A program made the translations under genes and the position numbers. Positions 27,927-37,215 of a stretch of 64,000 nucleotides of DNA are shown here, piece by piece (positions within the stretch are counted from its first letter, which is position 1; every line of letters starts with the position of its first letter). The stretch comes from Actinomycetota bacterium (GTDB taxonomy: Bacteria > Actinomycetota > AC-67): NCBI GenBank assembly GCA_036397635.1, contig DASWIP010000080.1, positions 37,792 through 101,791 of the forward strand. The letters run 5' to 3'. The notes beneath the pieces are model-generated. The model did no database searches, had not been told where the DNA came from, and saw nothing but the letters and a program-made list of their open reading frames with translations.

Positions 27927-28921
27927 GTCGAGGCCCGCAGAACCTCGGGGTTGACGACGCTGGACGGCACCTCGCCGGCGAGCACTGCCTCGAGCCCATC
28001 GGCGATCTGCGCCGTGTGCGTCTCGATCGTCTCCACCGTCGTCCCGCCGATGTGGGGGGTCAGCACCACGTTGGGCATCGACGTGAGCGGATGATCCGCC
28101 GGCAAGAACTCGTGGTGGAAATGATCCAGCGCCGCGCCGGCCAGCCGTCCATCTGCGAGCGCGTCGAGCAGCGCCTGCTCGTCGGCGATGTCGTAGCGCG
28201 CGGTGTTGACGAAGTACGAGCCCGGTCGCAGCCGCGCGAAGATCGCAGCGTCAAGCATCCCTCGTGTTGCGTCGTTCAGCGGCGCGTGCACGCTGACGAT
28301 GTCCGAGGCCTCGAACAACTCTCCCGGTGAGCCGACGGGCTGGACCCCGCCGGCGCGCATGTCGTCCGCATCGATCATCGGATCGGAGGCGAGCACGCGC
28401 GCTCCAAGCGCCAGCAGCTTGCGCGCGGTCGCGCGCCCCACGGCACCGAACCCCACCAGTCCGACCGAGCAGCTGCGTAGCTCTCGCCCTCGGTACCGCT
28501 GCTGCGCGATGCGCTCGTCGACCACCCACCGGCCGGCACGCACATCGTCGTCTGCGGCCACGATCGAACGCAGCAGTGCGAGCATCAGCGCGACGGCCAG
28601 CTCCGCAACGCCCTCCGCGTTGCGGCCCGGCGTCCGGATCACCGTGACCTCGCGGCGCGTCGCGGCGGTCATGTCGACGTTGTTCGGATCGCCGCGACAC
28701 ACGCACAGGAACCGCAACGACGAGCCCTCGAAGACCTCAACCGGGATGAAGTCGGCCTCGACGATCAACACATCCACACCCGCAAGCCGCGCGAGCAGCT
28801 CGCCGGCGGCGTGCAGCTTGATCGGGACGTGATCGATCCACGGGTCGAGCTCCAGATCCCCGAGCGCGCGCAACCGAGCCAGCGCCGGGCCGGCGAGCGG
28901 AGCGAGCGACAGGATCCGCAC
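27923..28921 (-). CDS. D-isomer-specific 2-hydroxyacid dehydrogenase (NAD-binding)
   Basis: 'GLVGFGAVGRATARKL' Rossmann motif and catalytic 'HIGGTT'. GTG start at 28921. The upstream ORF extension is low-complexity. Confidence 0.8.
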   Translation of the reverse strand: MRILSLAPLAGPALARLRALGDLELDPWIDHVPIKLHAAGELLARLAGVDVLIVEADFIPVEVFEGSSLRFLCVCRGDPNNVDMTAATRREVTVIRTPGRNAEGVAELAVALMLALLRSIVAADDDVRAGRWVVDERIAQQRYRGRELRSCSVGLVGFGAVGRATARKLLALGARVLASDPMIDADDMRAGGVQPVGSPGELFEASDIVSVHAPLNDATRGMLDAAIFARLRPGSYFVNTARYDIADEQALLDALADGRLAGAALDHFHHEFLPADHPLTSMPNVVLTPHIGGTTVETIETHTAQIADGLEAVLAGEVPSSVVNPEVLRAST

Positions 28922-29000
28922 GGCGCGCCAGTCTAACGGCTTCGACGCCCGCCCCCTGCGGCGCGACGGGGCGGCCCCGAGCGAATATCCTCCAACGCCG

Positions 29001-30035
29001 ATGCGGAAGATCGTCAAGCGAGTCGTGCTGGGACTGCTCACGCTCGCCGTGCTGTTCGCCGGGCTGGTCGCGTACCTGGCGATCAGCACGCCGGGCCCGC
29101 GCGAAGCTTCGGCGTGGGAACGCTTGCCCGACCTGCCGCGGCCGCGCGGCGAGTTCGCGGCGGCGGTCGGCGCGCGCGTCGGCGACTGCCCGCCCGAGAA
29201 CCCCGCGTGCGTCGCGTCCCCGGTGCGCTTGTTCGTGATGGGCGGGCTCGGCGGTCTGGGCAGGACGATCGATGCGGTCGACATCTACGACCCGGAGGAT
29301 CGGTCCTGGTCCGCCGGACCGGCGCTGCCCGAGAAGCGCCATCATCCCGCCGCGGCGGGATGGGGAGGACTCGTGTATCTGAGCGGTGGTTCGACGTCCT
29401 CGACGGACTGGACGCCTTTGGCCAACCTGTGGGCGCTCTCTCCGACGGGGGACGCGTGGGAGCAGCTCACGCAGATGCCCGAGGGTCGCATGGGCCACAA
29501 GATGATCGCCCTCGACGGGAAGCTGTTCGTCGTGGGTGGGCGAGGCGAGAGTTCGAACGTCCTGATCTACGACATCGCCCAGCGAGCGTGGAGCATCGGG
29601 GCCGAGATGCCGATCCCGCGCGATCACCTCGCCTCCGCGGTCGAAGGCGCGCGCATCTACGCGATCGGGGGACGCGACAACGATCTGGTCGCGCGCGTCG
29701 ACGTCTACGACACGGCGACGGATTCGTGGACCGAGGGGCCGTCGCTGCCCGAGCCGATGAGCGCGATGGCGGCCGGCACGCTCGACGACGGACTCCACGT
29801 CGTCGGCGGAGAGGATCCCGGCACGTTCGGCGGCGGGGTCATCGACCGCCACTACCACCTGCTGCCGGGAGCGCAGACATGGCAGGAAGCTCCCCTACCG
29901 ATCGTGGCGACCCACGGCAGCGCGAGTGCCGTGCTCAGCGACAAGCTCGTGATCGTGGGCGGCGCGCGCCGGCAAGGGGCGCTCTCACCGCTCGGGTGGA
30001 CCGGGATCGTCCAGGTCTACCCGAGCGGCGAGTGA
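29001..30035 (+). CDS. Kelch-repeat protein with N-terminal membrane anchor
   Basis: N-terminal TM segment, then repeated Kelch blades ('LFVMGG', 'LFVVGG', 'IYAIGG', 'LHVVGG', 'LVIVGG'). Confidence 0.75.
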   Translation: MRKIVKRVVLGLLTLAVLFAGLVAYLAISTPGPREASAWERLPDLPRPRGEFAAAVGARVGDCPPENPACVASPVRLFVMGGLGGLGRTIDAVDIYDPEDRSWSAGPALPEKRHHPAAAGWGGLVYLSGGSTSSTDWTPLANLWALSPTGDAWEQLTQMPEGRMGHKMIALDGKLFVVGGRGESSNVLIYDIAQRAWSIGAEMPIPRDHLASAVEGARIYAIGGRDNDLVARVDVYDTATDSWTEGPSLPEPMSAMAAGTLDDGLHVVGGEDPGTFGGGVIDRHYHLLPGAQTWQEAPLPIVATHGSASAVLSDKLVIVGGARRQGALSPLGWTGIVQVYPSGE

Positions 30036-30069
30036 TCCACCTCGGTGGCGTCCAGGCGGGCACGCTCGG

Positions 30070-31083
30070 TCAAGCGTGTACGCGCGCGCGCCGCGCGACG
30101 AGCAGCGCGAGCGCGGCCAGCAGCACCGTGATGCTGCCCCACCCTGTTGCTCCCGCTTGGGCCGCCTGCTCCGCAGCCGTGACCCGGGCGAGCGCAGCGG
30201 AGACCATCTCCATCGGCACGCCGGCGGCGAGCAACCTGCGCACCGCCTCGGTCCGCAGCGCGACCGTTTGGGCGCGAGCGACGTCAGCGGGTGCCATGTC
30301 CGGCCCACCGTCGCCCGGGAGCGGGCCGTCGCCCTCGCCGGGGCAGATCGGGTTCCCACTGCCGCGGCGGTTCTGGTAGCCGCACAGGTACAGCTCGGGG
30401 TCCTCGAGGATGCGCGGGATGTACTCCTGCGAGTCGGCCATCTGCTCTTCGGTATAGGCCTGATCGAACGGTCGGATCACGTGGTACTCGTCGATGCAGG
30501 CGACGATCGGCACGATCACGCCGCACGCGTTGTGATCCATGATCGTCAGCCCGACCTGGGTGTCGGTCATCCCGTCGTCGCAGTACTTGCTCTCGTGCTG
30601 AGAGGCGAGGCAGACATCGACGTAGGTCGCGCCGCCGTGCTTGTCATGAACGCTCTCGCCGTAGCGCGCGTCGTGGTCCGAGCAGTCGTGCGCGAACTCG
30701 AACAGGAAGCAGTGGCTGGCAGCGAAGCCGGCGTGCATCTCATTCGGCCCATCTTCGCCATACCGAGGGAACGTGCTGTTGCCCGCATCGACCCATGCGC
30801 AGTTCTGGTTCGACTCGTAGCTGCCGTCCTCACGGTAGTACGAGCACTCGTCACGCCAGCGCTGCGCGTCCTTGCGCTGCTCCCCGTCGTCTCGATCCTC
30901 GAGGTCGAACAGCGGAACATAGTTGCCGTCCCGCCAGTTCGGCGCTGCGGGAGACTCGTGGCACTCGACCTGGTTTCCCTCACCCCGCTCTTCCCCGTCG
31001 TAGGTACACTCGTGAGCTTGGGCGCGGCCGAAGCCGAGCATGGTCACGGCCAGGACCGCGAGCAGCAACATCGAACGCTTCAT
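30070..31083 (-). CDS. Secreted Cys-rich acidic protein with C-terminal TM anchor (hypothetical)
   Basis: Signal peptide 'MKRSMLLLAVLAVTMLGFGRAQA'. At least 16 Cys, many Asp/Glu/His. C-terminal hydrophobic tail 'ITVLLAALALLVARRARV'. Confidence 0.55.
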   Translation of the reverse strand: MKRSMLLLAVLAVTMLGFGRAQAHECTYDGEERGEGNQVECHESPAAPNWRDGNYVPLFDLEDRDDGEQRKDAQRWRDECSYYREDGSYESNQNCAWVDAGNSTFPRYGEDGPNEMHAGFAASHCFLFEFAHDCSDHDARYGESVHDKHGGATYVDVCLASQHESKYCDDGMTDTQVGLTIMDHNACGVIVPIVACIDEYHVIRPFDQAYTEEQMADSQEYIPRILEDPELYLCGYQNRRGSGNPICPGEGDGPLPGDGGPDMAPADVARAQTVALRTEAVRRLLAAGVPMEMVSAALARVTAAEQAAQAGATGWGSITVLLAALALLVARRARVHA

Positions 31084-31095
31084 GGTTACCCCCTC

Positions 31096-32658
31096 CTAGC
31101 CCAGCACCCGGAAGGCCCAGATGCCGCTCAGATCATCCAGCGGGAGTCCTTGTTCGGTCGTCCCGCTTCCGATGTACAACGAGTCCCCGACCAGTGCGGG
31201 GGCCGACGACGGCGCGCCGTTGAGCGGCACGCGCCGAAGCAGCACACCCGTATCGGCGTGGAAAACATTGATGGCGAAGTCGACTGTTGAGGGCACGAAC
31301 ACGACGCCGTTGGCGTAGGTCGGTGCGCCGTAGGACTGCCGCGACAGCGGCGAGCGCCACAGGATCCGCCCGTCCGCGGCGCTGAGCGCGTGGATCGACA
31401 ACATGCGCAGCGGATCCTCGAGCAGCGACGGGTCGGGCTGCTCCTCGCTGAACGGGGTCGAGATCGCGGTCGTGGCGAACACCGCAGGCTCGCCGTTCAC
31501 CTCGCCGAGCGCCGTCGTGCCGATGATGCCGCCGATCGAGAAGTCCGAGTTCACGCGGCCGGACTGGCCCGGATGGGCCGTCCAGGCCTCCTCGCCGGTG
31601 ACCCGATCGCGAGCGTAGTACCAGCCGTCCTTGCTGCCTTCGCCCACCAGACCGCCGGGCAGCAGGTTCGGGGAGGCGCCGAAGTCGTCGTCGAAGTGGC
31701 GGCTCTCGCTGCGCTCGCCTCGCGGGTCGTACTGCCAGCGGTAAGCGCCCGACGTCAGGTCGATGCCCCACATGGACTCGCCGCTGGTCGGGCCGTCGCG
31801 GCTGCAGCTCGCTGTTCCGAAGAAGACCATGCCCGCTTCGGTGTCCACCGCCGGCGAGGACCAGACGCCGCCGCAGCCCTGCCCGGTCCCGTGCCCGTAG
31901 GTCAGCGGGTCGGTCGTGTAGACGTAGCCGTCCTCACCGTCCTTGTTCTCGTCGGTCGTGTAAGAAAGCTCAGCCTCGGGGTCGAACTTCCAGATCGCCT
32001 CGAGTGTCCATGGCTCTCCGGGCTCCAGCCGCACCGCGAGGATCCCCGTCCGCCCGACGTTGGCTCGGTTGTGGACGTCGTGGCCGACGACGATCCACGT
32101 CTGTTCGCCGACCTCGACGATCGCCGGGGAGGACAGGATGTCGATGTCGGAGTCGGACCCCTCGCACCTCGGTTCGCTGTGCGCGCGCGGATCGGTGCAC
32201 AGGCTCGCCAGGATCGAGCCATCGTCCGCGTCCAGAACGTAGAGCGTCGAGCCGCCTGGGATCACCACTACACGCTTTCCACCCACGTCGCTCACCGCGG
32301 CGGAAGCGACGATCTTGCCGACGTAGTTCCGGTTCCCATCCGGGATCTCGAAGATCCAATCGATCTCGCCGGTCTCGGCGTCGACCGCATACAGGGGCCC
32401 TGCGTTCGCGCCGACGTAGACCACGCCGTCGACGACGCTCGGCGATGCGGTCACCGGGCTGCCGGTCTCGACGTACCACTTGGGCGCGAGCGTCGGCGCG
32501 TTCAGGGGCGTGATGCTCGAGCAGCTCTCTGGTGCCGCGAACGTGCGGCCGAGGTCCCGGCCGTACATCGGCCAGTCGCATTCGACATCCGCGCGTGCGC
32601 CGGCGACGCTCAGTACCAGCGCGAGGAGCGCGACCGAACCACCTACCCTGCGGCCCAT
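31096..32658 (-). CDS. Secreted PQQ-like beta-propeller repeat protein
   Basis: Signal peptide, then repeated 'G.VY.G...G.LYA.DA.TG...W' blades typical of PQQ/BamB-like propellers. 520 aa. Confidence 0.7.
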   Translation of the reverse strand: MGRRVGGSVALLALVLSVAGARADVECDWPMYGRDLGRTFAAPESCSSITPLNAPTLAPKWYVETGSPVTASPSVVDGVVYVGANAGPLYAVDAETGEIDWIFEIPDGNRNYVGKIVASAAVSDVGGKRVVVIPGGSTLYVLDADDGSILASLCTDPRAHSEPRCEGSDSDIDILSSPAIVEVGEQTWIVVGHDVHNRANVGRTGILAVRLEPGEPWTLEAIWKFDPEAELSYTTDENKDGEDGYVYTTDPLTYGHGTGQGCGGVWSSPAVDTEAGMVFFGTASCSRDGPTSGESMWGIDLTSGAYRWQYDPRGERSESRHFDDDFGASPNLLPGGLVGEGSKDGWYYARDRVTGEEAWTAHPGQSGRVNSDFSIGGIIGTTALGEVNGEPAVFATTAISTPFSEEQPDPSLLEDPLRMLSIHALSAADGRILWRSPLSRQSYGAPTYANGVVFVPSTVDFAINVFHADTGVLLRRVPLNGAPSSAPALVGDSLYIGSGTTEQGLPLDDLSGIWAFRVLG

Positions 32659-32716
32659 GGGCTCGATGATTCGCCGCCCGAGCCCGGATTCCTCTAAGAG
32701 ATCCGGCGTTCCGCCC

Positions 32717-33148
32717 TCAGGAACGCGGCGTCATGTCGAGGTCGGGGGGCGGCACGTCGGGAACCTTCCATCGCAGGAAGGACTTGTCGTAGAGATCGTG
32801 GTAGGCGTTCGCCTGTGTCACCATCGCTGCGAACGCTTCCTCGAACGCCTCCCAGTCGGCGTCGTCGATCGCCTTTCGGACTGCCTCGACCTCGGTCGAG
32901 CAGAACGCATCGACGTTGTCGGAGTACTTCGGCCGCAGGAAGGCGCCCTTCTGCAAAAGGTTGACGGCCTCTTTCAACTGGAAGCGCGCCAGCGGCTGGT
33001 TGCGTGCCTTGCCGGCGTAGTAGCACTTCCAGATCCGCTCGCCGACCAGCGGCATCACTTCGGCCATGCCCGGCAGCAAAGGTCCCAGGTCGTCCAGCGA
33101 GAACGAACCCTTCCCGGTATCGATGATGTGGTCGTGCTGCTCGGTCAT
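32717..33148 (-). CDS. Hypothetical protein
   Basis: 144 aa from the ATG 'MTEQHDHIIDTGKGSF...'. Coding-like composition, no motif recognised. Confidence 0.4.
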   Translation of the reverse strand: MTEQHDHIIDTGKGSFSLDDLGPLLPGMAEVMPLVGERIWKCYYAGKARNQPLARFQLKEAVNLLQKGAFLRPKYSDNVDAFCSTEVEAVRKAIDDADWEAFEEAFAAMVTQANAYHDLYDKSFLRWKVPDVPPPDLDMTPRS

Positions 33149-33221
33149 CTCCAGCCTCCAGATCCGTGCTCGCGAGCAACGATACGCGGCAGCCCGGCGC
33201 GGGCACCAACCACGAGGCGCG

Positions 33222-33316
33222 CGCCCGCACCGTCCCCGCGCACCGGCACCACCCCCGCGCACCGGCACCACCCCCGCGCGCCGGCACCGTCCCCGCGCGC
33301 CGGCACCACCCCCGCG
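33222..33316. repeat. Tandem repeat, 5 x 19 bp (c[ag]ccggcacc[ag][ct]ccccgcg)
   Basis: Units at 33222, 33241, 33260, 33279 and 33298. Lies in the divergent intergenic region between 32717..33148 (-) and 33534.. (+). Degenerate GCGCGCC-rich copies follow to about 33440. Confidence 0.8.
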
Positions 33317-33533
33317 ATGAGTCGAACCTGTCCGGGATCTGCATCACATACGGGCGCGATCCCTGACCAGAACGCGCGCGTGCGCGCGCCAACGCGCGCC
33401 GGCACCACGTGCGCGCGCCCGACGCTGCAACGCGCGCCGGGATCCCAACGACCACCTCTCCGGCCGTACGCGCGCCGGAGCGGAAAGGACGATGAGGCCT
33501 TGGGGGCCCGCACGCCGATAGGCTTCGCTCGGC

Positions 33534-34679
33534 ATGCGAGACCGCGCCGCGATCGTCGGGATCGGGCAGACCGAGTTCGCCAAGGACATCGGCCGGCCCG
33601 AGCAGCGCATCGCCTTGGAAGCGATCAGCGCGGCGCTTGACGACTCGGGCGTCGGCGCGCACGAGGTCGACGGGCTGGTGAAGTTCTCGCTCGAGAACAC
33701 CATGGAGGTCGACATCGCGCGCAACCTGGGGATGCAGAACCTTCGGTTCTTCGCCGACGTCGCCTACGGCGGCGGCGCCGGGTGCGGCGCGGTCGGTCAC
33801 GCCGCCATGGCGGTCGCCTCGGGACAGGCCGAGGTCGTGGTGGTATGGCGCGCGCGCAACCGCGGTTCGGGTGGCCGGCCGTGGGCGAAGAAGGGCAACC
33901 GGGCCGGCGGCGAGATGCAGTGGTTCCTGCCGTTCGGCCTGTCGCGCCCGGTCGATCAGATCGCGATGCTCGCGCGCCGTCACATGATCGAGTACGGATC
34001 CACGTCCGAGCAGCTCGGCGCCGTCGCCGTCGCGTTCCGCGAGCACGCGCAGCAGAACCCCGCCGCGCTGATGCACGGCCGGCCGATGACGCTGGAGGAC
34101 TACCTTGCGTCGCGCTGGATCTCCGAGCCGCTGCGGCTTTTCGACTGCTGCCTCGAGACCGACGGCGCGCTCGCCGTCGTCGTCACCTCGGCCGAGCGCG
34201 CGCGCGATCTCCGCCGCCCCGCTGCGCTGGTACGCGGCTACGCGCAGGGCACCGGCTCCGAGCACCTGGTGATGGCCAACTATTTCACGCGTGATCCGCT
34301 GGACTCCCCCGGGCATCACGCCGCGCGCGACCTGTGGCGCAACGCCGGCATCGGCCCCGATGAGATCGACTCCGCGCAGATGTACGACGCGTTCACGCCG
34401 CTGATCCTGATCTCGCTCGAGGCGTTCGGCTTCGCCAAACCCGGCGAGGGAGGGCCTTTCGCGGCCGAGGGCAATCTGCGGCTCGGCGGCGCGCTGCCGA
34501 CGAACACGTCGGGAGGCGGCCTGTCCGAGGCCTACGTGCATGGCATGAACCTGATCCTGGAGGGCGCGCGTCAGATCCGCGGCGATTCCGTCAACCAGGT
34601 GGCGGGCTGCGAGACCGTGATGGTGTCCAGCGGTAACGGCGTCCCGACCAGCGCCTTGGTGCTGAGGAAGGACACATGA
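33534..34679 (+). CDS. Thiolase-like protein (SCP2/Ltp-type, non-specific lipid-transfer thiolase)
   Basis: 'AAIVGIGQTEF', condensing-enzyme fold of 381 aa. Followed by a DUF35 partner. Confidence 0.8.
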   Translation: MRDRAAIVGIGQTEFAKDIGRPEQRIALEAISAALDDSGVGAHEVDGLVKFSLENTMEVDIARNLGMQNLRFFADVAYGGGAGCGAVGHAAMAVASGQAEVVVVWRARNRGSGGRPWAKKGNRAGGEMQWFLPFGLSRPVDQIAMLARRHMIEYGSTSEQLGAVAVAFREHAQQNPAALMHGRPMTLEDYLASRWISEPLRLFDCCLETDGALAVVVTSAERARDLRRPAALVRGYAQGTGSEHLVMANYFTRDPLDSPGHHAARDLWRNAGIGPDEIDSAQMYDAFTPLILISLEAFGFAKPGEGGPFAAEGNLRLGGALPTNTSGGGLSEAYVHGMNLILEGARQIRGDSVNQVAGCETVMVSSGNGVPTSALVLRKDT

Positions 34680-35116
34680 GCGAGCAGCCACGACCCAAGG
34701 ATGCCGGGCGTGCAACGGCGCCGCGTCCGATCCCGGATCCGGATGCCGCGAGCGCGCCGTTCTGGGAGGCGGCGGCGCGCCACGAGCTGCTCGTCCAGCG
34801 ATGTGCCGGATGCGGCGAGTTCCGGCATCCACCCCGGCCGATGTGCCCGCGATGCAGCTCCTTCGAGCATACGTGGGAGCGCGCGAGCGGCCGTGCGCGC
34901 GTGTGGTCTTGGGTGGTCGCGCACAACCCCGTGCTGCCGGCATTCGCGGACAGGGTCCCGTACAACGTGGTCGTAGTCGAACTGGACGAAGGCGTGCGGA
35001 TGATCGGGAACCTGCTCGACGTGCCCGTCGATCAGATCAGCGACGGCATGAAGGTGGTCGTGGACTTCGAGGACGTCGAGGATGGCGTCGCGCTCCCCGC
35101 GTGGAGGTGCGTGTGA
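34676..35116 (+). CDS. DUF35 Zn-ribbon/OB-fold protein (thiolase partner)
   Basis: 'CAGCGEFRHPPRPMCPRCSS' zinc ribbon plus OB fold. ATGA overlap with the upstream thiolase. Confidence 0.8.
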   Translation: MSEQPRPKDAGRATAPRPIPDPDAASAPFWEAAARHELLVQRCAGCGEFRHPPRPMCPRCSSFEHTWERASGRARVWSWVVAHNPVLPAFADRVPYNVVVVELDEGVRMIGNLLDVPVDQISDGMKVVVDFEDVEDGVALPAWRCV

Positions 35117-37215
35117 GCGTCGTGGAGGACCGTGCGGCGACCGATCTGACGTTGTTCTTCCGTCCACGCGTGATCGCCGTCGTCGGCGCGACCGACAACC
35201 AGCGCCACGGTAACTACTTCCTGTTCAAGAAGGTGCAGGCCCGCGCCGCCGTGGACGGCTCGAAGGTGTGGGCCATCAACCCGCGCGAAGGACTGACCGA
35301 GATCGAAGGGTCGCCCTGCGTGCCGACGATCGCCGAGGTCCCCGAGCCGATCGACCTCGCCGTCGTGATGGTCAACAAGGAACGCATCGTCCCGGTACTG
35401 ACCGAGGTGTGTGCGCGCCGGCCCGGCTTCGCGATCGTGTTCACGGCGGGCTTCCGCGAAACCGGCCGGGCCGAAGATGCGGCCCTGGAGGATCAGATCG
35501 CGCGCATCTGCGCCGACGCGAACGTCCGGCTGTTCGGCCCGAACACCAACGTCAACGCGCTCGAGACGTTCCCGGACCTGCCCGGGCCGAAGATGGCGCT
35601 GGTGACGCAGTCGGGTCACCAGGGCCGCGGCGTCGCGCAGGGTCACGCGCTCGGCATCGGCGTGAAGACCTGGGTGCCGACGGGCAACGAAGCCGACCTG
35701 GAGGCCGCCGACTTCTTCGATCATTTCGTCGATGACGACGAGGTCGCGATGATCGCCGCCTACATCGAGGGGTTCAAGGACGCCGCGACACTTCGGCGTG
35801 CGGCGTCCCGCGCGGCCGCGCGCGGCAAGCCCATCGTCCTGGTGAAGATCGGCCGGACCGAGGCCGGCGCGCGCATGGCCGCGTCGCACACCGGTCACCT
35901 CACCGGATCGGACGCCGTGCACGACGCGTTCTTCCGCCAGTTCGGCATGATCCGTGTCGACGACCTCGACGAGGTGCTGGACATGGCGGGGATGTTCACG
36001 CGCCTGCCGCGCGCGCCCGGCGACGGCATCTGCATCTACGCGATCTCGGGAGGGACCGGCACCCACATGGCCGATCTCGCCGCGGCCGGCGGCCTGCGCA
36101 TTCCGACGTTGAGCGAGGGCACGCAGTCGAATCTGCACGAGCTCGGCATCCCCGATTACCTAACGGTCGCGAACCCGGTGGACAACGGCGCGCAGCCGGT
36201 GCGCACGCCGGGGGTGAACCGCGCGCTGATCCAGGCGTGCATGGACGACCCGAGCACCGACATCCTGGTCTGCCCCATCACGGGCATCCTGCCGTCGATG
36301 TCCAGGATCGTCTGCGAGGACATCGTCGACGCGTACCGCACCGCCACAAAGCCCGTGATCGTGATCTGGGGCTCGCCGGTCACCGATGACGAGGGTTACC
36401 GTCTGCTGATCGAAGGCCGCGTCCCGATGTTCCGCTCGTTCACCGCGTGCGTGAAGGGGCTGCGGCGTTACATCGACTTCTGGCGCTTCCACGACTCGTT
36501 CGAGCAGCCGCCGATGACCGACGCCGCGGTCCCCGATGAGCTGGCCGGGCTGCTCGCCGGCGACGGACCACTCTCCGAGCACGACTCGGCGACCGTCGCA
36601 GGCCGCTACGGGGTGTCGTTCCCACCGACGGAGCTATGCGCGACGCCCGACGAGGCCGAACGCGCGGCCGGGAAGCTCGGCGGCGACATCGTGCTGAAGG
36701 CGTGCGCCCCCGAGCTGCTCCACAAGAGCGATCTGGGTCTGGTGAAGGTCGGTGTACCGGCCGGCGACGTGCGTGCCGCGTTCACGGACCTGCTCGCGCG
36801 CGCGCGCGCGGAATCGCATGTCGGCGTGCAGGGGGTCTTGGTGCAAGGGATGGCGCCCGACGGCGTCGAGTGCATCGTCGGCGTCAAACGCGACGAGCAG
36901 TTCGGCCCGGTCGTACTGTTCGGGCTCGGCGGCATCTTCGTCGAGGTGCTGAAGGACGTGTCGATGCGTATCGCGCCGCTCTCACGCCGGGATGCCGAGG
37001 AGATGATCCGCGAGGTCCGAGCCTTCCCCCTGCTCGCCGGCGCGCGCGGCCGCGCACGCGTGGATCTCGACGCGCTCGCCGGCCTGCTGGTGAACGTGTC
37101 GCGCCTGGCGATGGATCTGCGTGATCGCGTCGCCGAACTCGACCTCAATCCCGTGCGCGTGCTGCCGGACGGTCAGGGCGTCATCGCGCTCGACGCGCTC
37201 GTCGTGCGGGGATGA
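35113..37215 (+). CDS. Acyl-CoA synthetase (NDP-forming), fused alpha/beta (CoA-binding, CoA-ligase and ATP-grasp domains)
   Basis: 'VIAVVGATDN...' CoA-binding N-terminus, then succinyl-CoA-synthetase-like 'SQSGHQGRG', then a C-terminal ATP-grasp region. GTG start with SD 'GGAGG' overlaps the DUF35 stop. Confidence 0.75.
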   Translation: MSVVEDRAATDLTLFFRPRVIAVVGATDNQRHGNYFLFKKVQARAAVDGSKVWAINPREGLTEIEGSPCVPTIAEVPEPIDLAVVMVNKERIVPVLTEVCARRPGFAIVFTAGFRETGRAEDAALEDQIARICADANVRLFGPNTNVNALETFPDLPGPKMALVTQSGHQGRGVAQGHALGIGVKTWVPTGNEADLEAADFFDHFVDDDEVAMIAAYIEGFKDAATLRRAASRAAARGKPIVLVKIGRTEAGARMAASHTGHLTGSDAVHDAFFRQFGMIRVDDLDEVLDMAGMFTRLPRAPGDGICIYAISGGTGTHMADLAAAGGLRIPTLSEGTQSNLHELGIPDYLTVANPVDNGAQPVRTPGVNRALIQACMDDPSTDILVCPITGILPSMSRIVCEDIVDAYRTATKPVIVIWGSPVTDDEGYRLLIEGRVPMFRSFTACVKGLRRYIDFWRFHDSFEQPPMTDAAVPDELAGLLAGDGPLSEHDSATVAGRYGVSFPPTELCATPDEAERAAGKLGGDIVLKACAPELLHKSDLGLVKVGVPAGDVRAAFTDLLARARAESHVGVQGVLVQGMAPDGVECIVGVKRDEQFGPVVLFGLGGIFVEVLKDVSMRIAPLSRRDAEEMIREVRAFPLLAGARGRARVDLDALAGLLVNVSRLAMDLRDRVAELDLNPVRVLPDGQGVIALDALVVRG

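Noticed and set aside
33066-33366. Short ORFs encoding 'PRAPAPPPRTGTTPARRH' repeats
   Set aside because: Artefacts of translating the 19-bp tandem DNA repeat. Their periodicity equals the repeat unit.
32694-34943. 749-aa minus-strand ORF
   Set aside because: Runs antisense through the tandem-repeat region and the thiolase/DUF35 genes. Arg/Ala-rich shadow frame.
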